Shown: positions 27,501 to 41,045, numbered from the stretch's first letter. The stretch: 64,000 bases of DNA from the human T2T-CHM13v2.0 reference genome, Homo sapiens (GCF_009914755.1 NC_060925.1); one strand, 5' to 3'. Notes: generated by a model not told the origin, from the sequence alone. Numbers and translations: made by a program.

Positions 27501-28388
27501 TAATATCCTTTAAAATGAAGCATCCGGAAAACAAAGACAAACCTCTAATATTGCTTTCCGATGATATCCAAGGTTATGTGATGCTCCCGCTGGTTCTTTA
27601 CATCAGTTCTCATACTTTGTGGCAAATGTTTAGATGCCTCTTTTGAGATTTTTTTTTTTAAACAGTGAAAGATAAAAAGCCACATATCATCAAGAAAATG
27701 CTTGTTCTTCCTGCCTCAGAAAAAAATGGATGAAATAATCCACAGAACACAATCCATGGACAAACTAAAATGCATTCCCTTGTCAGCAAATGTAGTTGGA
27801 AGACGCAAAGTGAGTACTGCCAAACATGTGAAGAAACAAGTACTAGAACAAATTATGCAGTGTAGGAGATCTGCTCTACCATCAAATGAAGGCACTGATA
27901 TTTCTAGCATGTCTCAGCTTATGGTATACACTGGATTTGGGTTTCAATAATGAAATACACAAAGAATTACTTTTTTATGAGATGTACTGAAGAAGATACA
28001 GTTTTAATAACCAATGACTTACTTAATGAAAACAGTTTTTTTAAATGAAAAACAATATAAATATAGCCACTGAGAGAGTGGGTGCTTAACTGAAATACAT
28101 GAAGTAGTCTGGATTAAAGTTATCGAGAGTACTCCAAATGTAAAATTCATCAAAAAACTAACTGTTGAAGCAAATAAATTGAGGCGAGAAGTGTACAAAA
28201 TAATGCAGATGTTATTGATGAGACTATATTATCAAAATAAGATCTTTAACATATAGTAGAATCCTTACAGTATTTTATATTGAGGATATAGAGGTTTGAT
28301 TATTTTTAATGAGATATAGAAGTTTGATGGTTATCTTGTGGAAAAATACTGAAATGTGGAATTTTAAGACGTTATACATTTTTCTTTT

Positions 28389-29335
28389 TTTTTATTATAC
28401 TTTAAGTTTTAGGGTACATGTGCACAATGTGCAGGTTTGTTACATATGTATACATGTGCCATGTTGGTGTGCTGCACCCTTTAACTTGTCATTTAACGTT
28501 AGTTATATCTCCTAATGCTATCCCTCCCTCCTTCCCCCCACCCCACAACAGGCCCCAGTGTGTGATGTTCCCCTTCCTGTGTCCATGTGTTCTCATTGTT
28601 CAATTCCCACCTGTGAGTGAGAACATGCGGTGTTTGGTTTTTTGTCTCTGCGATAGTTTGCTGAGAATGATGGTTTCCAGCTTCATCCATGTCCCTACAA
28701 AGGACATGAACTTATCATTTTTTATGGCTGCATAGTATTCCATGGTGTATATGTGCCACATTTTCTTCATCCAGTCTATCATTGTTGGACATTTGGGTTG
28801 ATTCCAAGTCTTTGCTATTGTGAATAGTGCCGCAATAAACATACGTGTGCATGTGTCTTTATAGCAGCATGATTTATAATCCTTTGGGTATATACCCAGT
28901 AATGGGATGGCTGGGTCAAATGGTATTTCTAGTTCTAGATCCCTGAGGGATCGCCACACTGACTTCCACAATGGTTGCACTAGTTACAGTCCCACCAACA
29001 GTGTAAAAGTGTTCCTATTTCTCCACATCCTCTCCAGCACCTGTTGTTTCCTTTTTAATGATCGCCATTCTAACTGGTATGAGATGGTATCTCATTGTGG
29101 TTTTGATTTGCATTTCTCTGATGGCCAGTGATGATGAGCATTTTTTCATGTGTCTTTTGGCTGCATAAATGTCTTCTTTTGAGAAGTGTCTGTTCATATC
29201 CTTCGCCCACTTGTTGATGGGGTTGTTTGTTTTTTTCATGTAAATGTGTTTGAGTTCTTTATAGATTCTGGATATTAGCCCTTTGTCAGATGAGTAGATT
29301 GCAAAAATTGTCTCCCATTCTGTAGGTTGCCTGTT
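28389..29335 (-). mobile_element. L1PA (L1PA3/4-like) 3' end: ORF2 C-terminus plus 3'UTR
   Basis: 'ttattatactttaagttttagggtacatgtgcacaatgtgcaggtttgttacata'. ORF 28600-28980 translates to the L1 ORF2 C-terminus (LEIPFDPAIPLLGIYPKDYKSCCYKDTCTRMF). Confidence 0.97.
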
Positions 29336-29643
29336 TTCTTTTCTTCTTCTTCTTTTTTTTTTGATGGAGTCTTGCTCTGTCACCCAGGCTGGAGTGCAGT
29401 GGGGCGATCTCCACTCACTGCAAGCTCTGTGCCTCCCGGGTTCACACCATTCTCCTGCCTCAGCCTCCCGAGTAGCTAGGACTACAGGCGCCTGCCACCA
29501 TGCCCGAGTAATTTTTTGTATTTTTGGTAGAGACAGGGTTTCACCGTGTTAGCCAGAATGATCTCAATCTCTTGACCTCATGATCCACCCGCCTCGGCCT
29601 TCCAAAGTGCTGGGATTAGAGGCGTGAGCCACCGTGCCCGGCC
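29336..29643 (-). mobile_element. AluY, full length, fused 5' of the L1PA fragment
   Basis: 'cactgcaagctc...gggttcacaccattctcc...tcaccgtgttagccag' are Y-type diagnostics. Ends 'accgtgcccggcc'. Confidence 0.93.
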
Positions 29644-29733
29644 ATACATTTTTCTTTTACAAAAAAAGAAGTGTTTTAAACTTGCTGACCATTTAAATAA
29701 ATGGCTGTCAAAAGTATGCTATACAACCAAACA

Positions 29734-30098
<365 letters not shown>

Positions 30099-30114
30099 CA
30101 AACATTTTTTAAGT

Positions 30115-30365
30115 GAATTTTTAAATTTTGAAATGATTTTATATTACGGAAGAGTTGAAGAGATAGTACAGAGAGTAATTGTATGCTCTGTGCCCAGTTT
30201 CCCATAATGTAACTTCTTACATAACCACGATACATTTGTGAAAACTAAGAATTAACACTGTACATTGCTATTAACAAAGCTCCAGACTCTGGATTTTACC
30301 AGATTTGCCACGAATGCCCTTTTTCTGTTCCAGGATCCAATTCAGGATACCACATTGCATTTAGG
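30115..30365 (-). mobile_element. L1MC/MD-like 3' fragment
   Basis: 'gatagtacagagag...ttctgttccaggatccaattcaggataccacattgcatttag'. Confidence 0.75.
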
Positions 30366-31019
30366 TGACAGAGATCTTGAAAGAAAAAAAAAAAAGCACA
30401 CACATTTTCTCTGTCTCTCCGTGGTACATTTGACATGTGAATAATGACTCAAAGAGAAATTACTTTCTGAAAGTAACTAGTGCTATGGAGAGAGCATTTT
30501 TTTTTTTAAAACAAACGTTTGGAAATGTCATTGTTTGGTGATTTTTGTGATAGAAAATGTTGTACATATATCACCCATAGCAACTCCTATGTATGAAAAC
30601 TTTAAAAACTTGGAAACAATATTTTAACCTGTTTAAAAACTTCCAAAGTGTTTCAGAACTGATTTGCTAAAAATATAAAAATATAACACCTTTTGATTAG
30701 TTTGCAAGAATCACTGATTGACATCAGGGAAGATGGAAATTTGCTTGCTGAATTTCAACAAAAAACTTTGCATAGTTGGTGGATGAGAATGTAAAATAAC
30801 TATGAGTATTTAGTAAGCACAGCCAGCATTGTTGTTTTTCCATTTAGAACAATGCATCTTTGCAAGTAATCTTCCTCCCTGACACCTCCAGTAATTAAAA
30901 CCAAGTATCAAAATAATCTGAATTAAGAACCAGGCCTTTGACTTGCCGTATCACACAGCTTTGCTTTTTAAAAATGAAACATTTTCAATCACATGGTTCC
31001 CATGTAATCTTTTTTAAAT

Positions 31020-31334
31020 TTTTATTATTTATTTATTTATTTATTTATTTTGAGATGGAGTTTTTCTCTCGTCGGCCAGGCTGGAGCGCAATGGTGCAAT
31101 CTCGGCTAAATGTAACCTCCGCCTCCTGGGTTCAAGCAACTCTCCTGCCTCTGCTTCCCGAGTAGCTGAGGTTACAGGCATCTGCCACCATGCCCAGCCA
31201 ATTTTTGTATTTTTAGTAGAGGTGGGGTTTCACCATGTTGGCCAGCGTGATGTCGAACTCCTGACCTCAGGTGATCCACCCACTTCGGCCTCCCAAAGTA
31301 CTGAGATTATAGGCGTGAGTCACCGTGCCTGGCC
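31020..31334 (-). mobile_element. AluS
   Basis: (TTTA)n tail and full antisense Alu. Flanks cat(g/t)taatctttt on both sides. Confidence 0.93.
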
Positions 31335-32112
31335 TTCATTTAATCTTTTAGTGAGAACAAAAGTGCTTTGAACCATTAATATTAATAACTATGTACAATA
31401 AAATGATTTAAAATATTTTATCTTTATCTTATCAATTTAAATCTAAATAATTTTAATTATGTTTTACAATACACGTAAAACATTAGTGCAGTGATACAGA
31501 AATATACTTTATAAATAAACATGCCAAATGCAAGCATGTACCCATTTTAAAAGAACTGGCAGGGGTGGCTGGAAAAAACTGTTTGGGATGTGGACACCTG
31601 TGGAGCAGGTGCCTGGTAGATGCTGAGGAGGGGAGAGCTCTGTGGATGCTTGGAGGGCTGCCTGGGGCAGGGTGGGTCAAAGCCACCAAGCTTCCATGGT
31701 ATTAGTTAGACATCAAGGCTCAGTGCCAGGGAGACAGTCAGGACTGTCACGAAAGCAGAGGTCCAATCCCATTCCAGGTGTTGGGGAAGGAAAGGAGTCT
31801 AGAATTAAACTGGCAACCTCAGTGTCCAAAGACATACCCCGAGCACTCATGTGCCCACCAAGTTGCAGCCCTCCCCAATGCCTACCTCTCATAACTGGTC
31901 TGGCCTGGGGTTCCCTGTGCACCTTGGTGCCAACACCCAGTGTCTTCTCTGAGTCCTGACACTTCAGGTTGTTGCCTCTATGTTGTCTCTGCCCAGACCA
32001 GGCAAGCTCCTCTCTGCCCAGCATCCTCTCTCACATGGCCCTTCTCATTGTCTGCTGGGGGTTCTATCATGGGAGCTCACATCCTGCTTCTCTTTGCCTG
32101 GCAGACCCCCAA

Positions 32113-32565
32113 TGTGTGGGTTGAATGGTGGTCTCTAAAAAGAAATGTCCACATCCTGCCCCCCAGAACTTGTGAACGTGACCTTATTTGGAAAAAGGGT
32201 CTTTTTACACATCATTAAGTTACAGATCTTAAGATGAGATTGATCATATTGGATTGCCCTGGACAGACTCAAAATCTGATCAATGTCTTTATAAGAGACA
32301 GAAGAAGACACAGACACACAAAGGAGGGGAGAAGGCCACGTGAAGAGGAAGGTGGAGATTGGGGTGATGCAATCATAAAGAAGGTCAACAGCCACCGGGG
32401 GCCGGGAGAGGCCTCTCATCTCCTAGAGCTTTCGGAGGGAGCACAGTCCTGCTGACACCTTGACTTCAGATTTCTTGTTTCCAGAGTGGTGACAGACTAA
32501 ATATCTCTTGTAAGCCACCTAGTTTGGGGCAGTTTATTAAGACAGCCCCAGGAAATTAAAGTACA
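32113..32565 (+). mobile_element. MLT1B/C MaLR solo LTR
   Basis: 'tgtgtgggttgaatggtggtctc...gtgaccttatttggaaaaagggtcttt...cctgctgacaccttgacttcaga...gcccaggaaattaaagtaca'. Confidence 0.88.
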
Positions 32566-33069
32566 CACTAACATTTTTAGCCCCAACTTGGACCACTGGG
32601 AAGCCACCTCTGGCTTCTCTAGTCTGGGGCATAGCCACTCCTTTGGGCTTCTCCCTGGCAAGTGAAGAAGGTATAAGTTCTCCTGTTAGAACGTATTTGT
32701 ATGTGTTAGAAATACATCTGTCTATCTGATTCTCTCTCCCCTGAGCTAACCCAGAAAACTCTGCAGCCTCTCTGATTCCCCAAAGCTCCCAGGAGCACAA
32801 CGCTGTCCCAGATGAGTGAGTTTCACTGGAGGTTTGAGGGTAATGAGAGTGGTTACACAGGCCAGCACATGACTTAAAATCAAACCCACACTCTTGAGCC
32901 TCAGCCATTCCTGGTAATGTTCACTGGCTATGTCTCATCTTCAAGCCTATCAGTTTCCACCATGTTGCTCAGACTCCTGGTCTCTCAAAGCCCTTCTTAC
33001 ATCTCTTCTCCTATATCTTGGGGAGACTCTCATCATCTTGGATGTCTTCAGCTGAGTTCACCAAGAAGG

Positions 33070-34200
33070 AGACCTGAGGTAAGGATATGAGTGCAAGTCA
33101 TTTTTTTGGAGGTGCTCCCAGGAAGCATGGGTAAAGGAACAGGGAAGACAGAAGGGAAGGGGAGGGAAAGGAAAGGAAGAGAAAAAGGGGAAGAGAGGGG
33201 AAGGGAGGGAAGAGAAAGGGAAAAGGAAGGAGAAAAAGGGGAGGGGAAGGGAGGGGAGGGGAGGAGAGGGAGGAGGGGAGGGGACGGCAGGAGCCCCGAC
33301 AAGCCCTGAAGAGACTTATGTTTCTTCATAAAGGAAGGGATATGGGAAGGGGTATGGGAAGGGGAAAGGATGTGGGAAGGGGAAGGAGTATGGCAAGGGG
33401 AAGGGGTGTGGGAAGGGGAAGGGAAATGGGAAGGGGAAGGAGTATGGGAAGGGGAAGGGGTGTGGGAAGGGGAAGGGAAATGGGAAGGGGAAGGAGTATG
33501 GGAAGGGAAAGGGGCGTGGGAAGGGGAAGGGGTATGGGAAGGGGAAGGGGTGTGGGAAGGGGAAGGGGTGTGGGAAGGGGAAGAGGTGTGTGAAGGGGAA
33601 GGGGTGTGGAGAGGGGAAGGGGTGTGGGGAGGTGAAGAGGTGTGTGAAGGGGAACGGGTATGGGAAGGGGAAAGGGTGTGGGAAGGGGAAGGGATGTGAG
33701 AAGGGAAAGGGGTGTGGGAAGGGGAAGGGATATGGGAAAGGGAAGGGGTATGGGAAGGGGAAGGAGTATGGGAAGGGAAAGGGGTGTGGGAAGGGGAAGG
33801 GGAAGGAATATGGGAAGGGGAAGGAGTATGGGAAGGGGAAGGGGCGTGGGAAGGGGAAGGGGTATGGGAAGGGGAAGGGAAGTGAGCCAATACAGAGTGC
33901 TGATGAGCCATCACTGTGGGCAACAGGGGCTCCATTTCACTGGGACATTTCACTGGGACATTTCACTGAGGTGTGGAACACACCTCAGAGTCGGCCCACC
34001 GGAGGGTCAAAGAAGCTGTGTTTAGCCTCCAACTTCCGTCTGCTATTGGCTGAAGGCTGCTCCCAGCGGCAGTGACTCCCTGGCAGGTCCAACCTGCATC
34101 TCAGGCAGGCCCTGAGAAGGCTCTCATTTGGAGGGGTTCAGAACCTCGCAGGGGCTGAGCATGGAGGGCAGGGGCACAAGGGCACCAGCAGCATCTGTCC
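33070..34200 (-). mobile_element. LTR16-family LTR split by an internal purine-rich expansion
   Basis: 'cctgaggtaaggatatgagtgcaagtcattttttggaggtgctcccaggaagca' lies before the repeat and 'agccaatacagagtgctgatgagc...ctgtgggcaacaggggctccattt' resumes after it. Confidence 0.6.
33335..33880 (+). repeat. G-rich 18-bp minisatellite (GGGGAAGGGGTGTGGGAA-like, ~30 copies), preceded by a GA-rich low-complexity tract at 33140-33290
   Basis: Direct reading. It produces the periodic ORFs (SHTPSP)n, (GRGRGV)n and (WEGEGV)n. Confidence 0.95.
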
Positions 34201-35069
34201 CAGTGGAGCAGGCAGGGTTGCTATCTTGCCAAGCCTGCTGAGTCCATGCTCTTGGAGAAGGGGGGGTAATTTTCCCTCTAAAAACAGCCATCAAGGCCAT
34301 CAAGGCATGTTGCTAAACAAAGAACAATCCACCCTGGAGAAAAATTATGCCTCTTTCCCAAAAGACAAAGGGTGTGTACACAGTGGTGGTTTGAAAAAAA
34401 GCAGTTGCTTCTGTATACCATGGGGTAGATACTATTATTACCCCCACTTTATAAATTAGGTAACTGAGGCCAAGGGAGGCAGAGACGGAGTAACAAAAGC
34501 CAAGATTCAAACTCTGGTCTTCCTAATGGAATAACCACACGCACTCCCAACTGCTCCATGGGGCCCGGGAGTAGGGCTTGGGTTAAGTGTACGAACGCAC
34601 AAAGCTTTGCCATTTATAATCACCTCCTTCTCCCCCATCCTGTGTGCAGGGGGAATGGGGCTGCTCTTGTCGTGGCCATTTTACTGAAGAGTAACTAGAG
34701 GCATGGATAGTTTTAAGTCATGTGTCTAAGTTCCCATAGACTTGAACCAAGTCTGTCTGACAACAAGTTGTTGAAACTGCCCCCTTTAACATCCTTGAAA
34801 CACAAGGTTCCAAGTGCTGATGGCTCCAGGCAAATCCGTCCCCACCATCAAAGTCTGCAGCTGCACCATAAGGGGAATCAGAGAGAGGCGTGATCTTCAG
34901 AGACAACAGGCAGGGTGCCATCCTAAGTGTCCCCACCATCACCACCCTCATTCCCATCATCCACGAGTGGCAGGCACTGCCTAGCCTTATGTTGTTGAGT
35001 ACTCACTAGATTCACAGAAGGAAATAGGATCTGAAGAAGAGATGGCCACGAGCCAAGAGGAAGGGCTTA

Positions 35070-35280
35070 GAGCAGTGAAGAGCACAAGCTGCCTAGGTTT
35101 GAATCCCAGCTCTGCCATCTGCCAGCTGTGTGAGCTTGGGCAAAGTACTTAAATGCTCAATGCCTCAGGTTCCCCATCTATAAAACAAAGATAATGCTGT
35201 CTATCTCAAGGGTTGCTGGAAGACTAATGTATAGAGAGAAGCTAGAATGTAGGTTGTGCCATGGAATTATTAGCAATTAT
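35070..35280 (+). mobile_element. MIR
   Basis: 'ctgcctaggtttgaatcccagctctgccatctgccagctgtgtgagcttgggcaaagtacttaaatgctcaatgcctcagg'. Confidence 0.8.
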
Positions 35281-35859
35281 TAAGTTGGTATTTATGGTAG
35301 ACTCCAGTCACTTTGGGAATCGTGGGGGCTAAGCAGAGAATCTGAGGTAGAAGACAGGTCATATGGAGTTAACTTGAGAGTAAGGTTGAGGGGAGAATGG
35401 TTGGGACCTCCCCAGGCACACGGTTAAGAGCAGTATAACTAATGCAGAGCTCATCCTAGTGGGACAGGCCTCCTTAAGCCCTCCTCCCCAAGGGCACCCC
35501 TGGATTGAGAACTGAACATGGATGTCCTGTGGGTGACCAGCCTCTGTAGGTAGAAGTGTAAGCATAGCCAAGAGTCGGCCTTTGGAATCTGATAGAGCCA
35601 GATTTGACTCCCAATTCTACTGCAAGTTATTTTGCCGTTACACCTGTGAAACAAGAATGGCAAAGGCTTCCTTTGAGGGTTGACCAGTAGGTGGCCCTGG
35701 TGACCACTCTCCCCTTGAAGTCCTCTCCTCTGACTTCTCCCTTTCAGACTCCGGCATGACCTCCTCTTCATGCCCCGCCTCTCAATACCAGCATCCCTGA
35801 TGGTGCTGTCCTGGGCCCTCCCCCCTGCTTGGTCTCCCACCATACCTCTGAAACGGTGT

Positions 35860-36380
35860 CCACACCGTGTCCGCACCACAGCTTCAATTACCAACTGCAG
35901 CACAGGCCATTCGAAGTCCACCTCCCCTGCACAGACTTCCATCTCGAGCTCCAGATCCTCTTTCGAACTGTCCACTGGACATCTCCGTCTCCCAAGCAAA
36001 CTCAACATATTCAAAACCAACTCATCATCTTTTTTCCAACCTGCTCCTCCCATCTCAGTAAACACCATCACCTTCCGCTGAGCCACCAGGGCTAAAACTT
36101 GCACCCCATCTTCCACCACTTCCTCTCCCTTGGCCAAAAAACTCTCTCCAATCCATCCACCACCCTAGACCAGGCCACGGTCATCTCTTGCCTCCATCTG
36201 CATCCATCCTTCATCCTGCAGCCAGAGGGATCTTCCCAAAGCACAAATGTGAACATCTCCGTGCCCACACTCTTTCATGACTCACCAGTGTCCTCAGGAT
36301 CAAGGCCAAGCTTCTGAGGCTGGAGTGTGTAATTTTCACCACCTAGGTTCTGCCTCTCTTGCTGGCCTTATCTCTTACCT
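35860..36380 (+). mobile_element. L2
   Basis: 'actgtccactggacatctcc...caagcaaactcaacatattcaaaaccaactc...cctgcagccagagggatcttcccaaagcacaaatgtga'. Confidence 0.75.
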
Positions 36381-38599
36381 CCCACTACAGATACACCCTG
36401 GAGCTAGGAATTCAGCTTGGCTGCTCCTAGGATATGCCTACCCTAGCACCCTGCCAGGTAGGGCCGGATCTGAGTCATCCCTGCAACTTCTATGGCCAGC
36501 AGGGAGAATGAATAACCTGCACGGTGTCTTTCCAAGTGAGAGGGTTTATGAAGACTGGGAGGCTTGGAGGTGGTGACTGGTGGGGCAGGTGCGGGTTCTG
36601 AGGGACGTAGTCCTGGCACTTTGTCTTGAAGGAGGGAGTGCTGGCACAGGAAGGACAGGTGCTGTCAGCAAGAATGCCACCTCCCTCTTGTGACCTTTAC
36701 CAAAGACATTTTCTCTGAATGTCAGGTTCATTAGACACAGGATGGGGAGTGGAGGAATTGCTCTAAGACTGAATGAGAGACAGGACAGACAGATAGACGT
36801 TACCTGGATTGTGACAAACCAGCCTATAGAGTGAGGAGACACTGTCTCTACAGGCATGTGCTCCCTCCAATTCGAGGGACAGAGCCATGCTCATCCTCCT
36901 CAGACTGAAGGTCTCTGGGTCAGGGCCATGTCTCTTCTTCAGAGTGGAGTTCCCACCACCTCCCCTCACCTCCATATTGTTCTCTGCCCCGGGGTCCCAG
37001 GGAAAACAGTACCAAGAATGGGGCCTCAGTCCATAGTGCTCATCAAATGGCCCATTAAGATGTGGTGTCCTGATTCTCAGGAGGGGCAGCTACACTTACT
37101 CCATCACCCTGCCCCTCCCTGGGACATTCAGAATAGGTCCCTGGACTTGAGGCATCTTTTCCTGCCCAACCCTATTTCTCTAGCCCAGTCCGTCATCTGA
37201 GGATCTGTGTGTCTGACTCAGAAACCCACTCTCGGTCTGCCTCATATTAGACATTAGAGAAATAGATCAGATATTTGCCCCACCCTCAAGGAGCTCTAAG
37301 TCTCATGAGGAAGACACGCAGATATACAAATATTACCAAGTGGTGGGCTCGGTGTCATGAAAGAAACAGGTCCGAGGTAGAGACATGCTGTGGAAGAGAG
37401 TCCCTGTAGGTGGAGAGTCATGAAGGGCTTCCTGTGACAAGATAACATCTGAGCTGGGCTTTGAAGGATGAATAGGAGTTTGTCACTTTGTGTGTTCTTT
37501 CTAGGAGACTTGGTTTCTGAAAACAGAATAGTCTGCTTCTGTGAGCTGTGAGCTCTCTGAAGAGCACAAGGTGACTCTGAGTCCTTGTCCTTCAGGCCAC
37601 TTTCATTGCTGTGCAGCATGGTCAGGGCACTGGAGAGCAAGGAGCCCTAAGATCTCACTCCTGCTCTCTGCCTCCTGGTTTTCCTCCACAACGCTCAGCA
37701 TAATTGATGGCGCAGTGAGGCATGCTGGGCACCTTCTGCTCCCAGACTAGCAGCTCTCTCCTGGTCTGCTGCCCCAGAGCTCCCAGGAAATGGGCTCCCA
37801 TGCCATCGGCTAGGGTTTCATGTGTCAGTGCCAGGCACGTGTTGGGTTAGGGGGAGTCAGGGACAAGACTCAGAATAGCGGGCTTCTCCTGTCTAGGAGC
37901 TTCCAGGCTTCATGCACACATACACGTGCCACCCTCAGAACCTCATCCCCCATCCACCCCGTCTCCACCTCCCTGAAGACCTTGGTCCCCTCCTGGGGAT
38001 AACTGACACCCTGACCCCACAGTTCTGCCCGGAAGCTCTGCCTCCTCTTCCTCTTCCTGCCCTCTGAGAGGCTCCTCTGCCTTCCTGGAAGCCGCCATCT
38101 CCCATCCTGAATGTGGAGCAGCTCCACCCGGCGCCTGGCTCGGCACCCTCACAGCTCCTCAGCTGCCAACTCCATCTTCACGCCTCCCAGAGGATCAGCT
38201 GTCAGCTGGTGCTGGAGATGGGGGAGACAGAGACAGGGAGAGATGCAGTGCCAGGAAGGGAGAGATGAAGAGAGGAGAGACAAAAGGAGGAAGGCAGAGA
38301 CAGGGGCTGGGAAAGAAGGGCAAGAGAGAGAGTCAGAGGCCCCGTGAAGGGGAAGTGGAGAGGATAAGACAGGTAAGGGGGAGACATAGAGAAAGGGAAA
38401 GGCTGGAACAGAAGAAGGCAGCAACCCTGAAGGCGACTCATCTGCCGAAGTCCATTCCTGCCATTAGAAGTGACTGAGACACAAAAACGCGGGTTTTTAC
38501 ACTCTATGCAGAGAAGACAGGGAAGACATGGCCTGCAGTGCACCAGAGGAGGGGCTGGTTTCCAGGGAGGTGGGGGAGCAGGAAGAGCACTTACAGCTT

Positions 38600-38865
38600 A
38601 GCACACAAGCAGCACAAATACACTCGCATGCACGCACACAGTGAGAGAGATATACATATACATACGCATGCGCACACACATACAAAGATATACACACAGA
38701 GGTGCGCACACACACACATGCATGCAAACGTAGACACACACAGAGAAAACCAGAGATACACATGCACACAAGCAAACATAGACACATACACACGCATACA
38801 GCACAGACACACTCATATACATACACACATGCAAACACAGACACACACATCAACACAGACACACG
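38600..38865. repeat. Imperfect (CA)n-rich low-complexity tract
   Basis: Direct reading of alternating purine-pyrimidine cacacatacacatgcacac. Confidence 0.9.
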
Positions 38866-40129
38866 GGCTCTTCAGGGGCTGAGTGGCTTAATAGCCCCAC
38901 TATGGGGAGGCTCAAACCTGTCTGTGGTCTGGAATGAGGGTTCTCTTCTCCTCCACAGAGGTCACAGAGGCCAGGTCAACCCAACTTCCCACCTCCACTT
39001 TAGAGGGTGTGTCCACGCAGGATGCAGGGTATCCCTAGCCAAACAGTTTCACACTGATCCGAGTCCAAGCACCCATCATGGTGGAGCTGTCCCCAAGCTC
39101 TTTTGTGCAGAGGATAAGGAGGCACAGATAGTAAAGGGACCTACCCAGGATCCCTCAGCCTAGCTGCATGGGGCTGGCCCTGGAGCCTGGGGCACCTGAT
39201 CCTTGCCTCCATCTGGCTCTGCGGCTTCAGGGATTGCAGTGGGAACTGGACAGGCTGTGGGCACAGGAGGTCTCCTGCTACTCACACCCCCCTCCCAGGA
39301 GAAACTTCTTTTCCAACCCCCAGCACAGGTCCCAGCCAAGTGGAGCCCGGACCCACTGCACCCTGAGAAGAGTGCAGCCTGGCCCTCTCTCGGCCTGTCT
39401 CAGGCCAGGTGCTCTCTAGGCTGGGTGAGGCTGTCACTGCCAGCAAGGCAGGTGAGTGGGAGGCACACCCAGTCACTCAGTCTTATCCCCTACCAGCCCG
39501 GATGAATTCTGCTCTTGGACCAGCTTTACAGGGGGTTATGAGACACTGGAAAGAGGGGACCCTCTACTGCTAGAGATGGTACAGAAGGGAAGAGGGGGCT
39601 TCGAGGTGGGAGAGAACCCAGCTGGAGGCAGGAAGATGAACAGGGTGGACCATGGAGAAACTGCACCAGAAGCCAGCCCAGAAGACTTAGAAATGCAACC
39701 TAACAAGGTCTTTCTGATGTTACCTGTGGAAGGCCCCATGCTGGGAGCTGGCGGGGAGAGATACTGATGATAACGGGCACCCATTACTGACCACCCACTG
39801 ACCCAGGCGTGTATGTCATAACTCTTTTGACCATCACAATGCCTTGTGTACTGTTATTAACCCATTTCACAGGAGAGAAAACTGAGCCTCAGAGAGGTGA
39901 AGAGCCAAGCCTGAAATTCCAACCTGAGCAGCATCAAAGTCCACCTTTTTCCTTCAACACTTTTCTGTCTCCCTGTGTGCACAGAGAGACAAACAAAGAA
40001 GGAACAGATTAGAGTAGGAATTGCCCTTAAGCAGAGATTACATGTTTGTTGGGAAAAGATTTTTCATAAACTCATGTAGATGTAAGTTTAGCCTCCATGC
40101 CTGAAGCTAAGGTTACAGAAGAAGCCAAA

Positions 40130-40350
40130 GAGTGCAGTAGATTGTAGAATGCCAGGCTCGGAGACCACACTGCCTGGATTGAACCCTGTATCTGCTGCTT
40201 CCTGGCTGTGTGGCCTCTTCCCTGGTCCCCAAAATGGGGATAGCAAAAGCTTGTACTTGCAGATGTCTCATGAGGTTTAAACGTGGTGATTCTATAAAGT
40301 ACCTAGAACAGCTCCTGGCCCATAACAAGTGCTTGATAAATGGCAGCTAC
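40130..40350 (+). mobile_element. MIR
   Basis: 'cactgcctggattgaaccctgtatctgctgcttcctggctgtgtggcc...aaagtacctagaacagctcctggcccataacaagtgcttgataaatgg'. Confidence 0.75.
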
Positions 40351-40799
40351 TGGTGTGGCTCAGGGAGACGTTCTTCTGCTTAGCCGAGGGAGGAGGGGAA
40401 CAGATGGGGAAGGGTTGGAAAGCAGGAGGGGAGACAATGGGGGAAGGAGCAGTGAGAGAGCACTGTGCGCTGAGGGACCCCCCCCACGACACCCCACTCC
40501 CACCACCACTCAAGTGTGGGCACATCCTGAATGCTTGGTGAGATCGGATTTGTTGTAAAAACCAATGAAGTAGCAGCTGAATTCTTCAACCCAGGTGGAC
40601 TCAGAGGAAAGGGATGTGAACCAGAGACCTCAAGTCTCCCAGATCTCATAGCAATCCCAGGGAGGGAGTGGGACTTCTCCAAGACATAGAGATTGGAAAG
40701 TTCCCCCAAGTCATCACTCAAATGCAAGAACATGGAGGCACCCAGCTGGCATTTGGGTTATACAAGCTAGTGAGGTTTGTACGGTGTCAAGGCGTTGGT

Positions 40800-41045
40800 G
40801 TAATAATCATCTCGGCTGATACTCACTACATGCCTGTATTGTTCAAAGCATTTTACACACGTGATCTTTCTTATTTAAGCTTCAAAACAATCCTATGAGG
40901 TTGGCACCGTTATTAGTCTTGTTTTACAGATTGAAACCAGAGAGGTTAAGCAACCTGCCTAAGGTTACACAGTTAACCACCGGTGAGGCCAGGAGGCAGA
41001 CCCAGAAAGTCCAGCTCCAGAGTCCATATTTTTAGCCATTACTCC
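40800..41045 (-). mobile_element. MIR
   Basis: 'aacaatcctatgaggttggcaccgttattagtcttgttttacagattgaaaccagagaggttaagcaacctgcctaaggttacacag'. Confidence 0.8.

Noticed and set aside
28600-29383. L1 ORF2-like ORFs as functional genes
   Set aside because: Only the C-terminal tail of a 5'-truncated, frameshifted L1PA.
33048-33953. 301-aa ORF (SHTPSP)n and overlapping Gly/Arg/Glu-rich ORFs
   Set aside because: By-product of an 18-bp minisatellite. No domain, splice or promoter context.
35451-36137. 228-aa minus-strand ORF
   Set aside because: Largely antisense to an L2 fragment; no recognisable protein family.
38497-39163. Cys/Val- and His/Thr-rich ORFs
   Set aside because: Translations of the CA-rich low-complexity tract.
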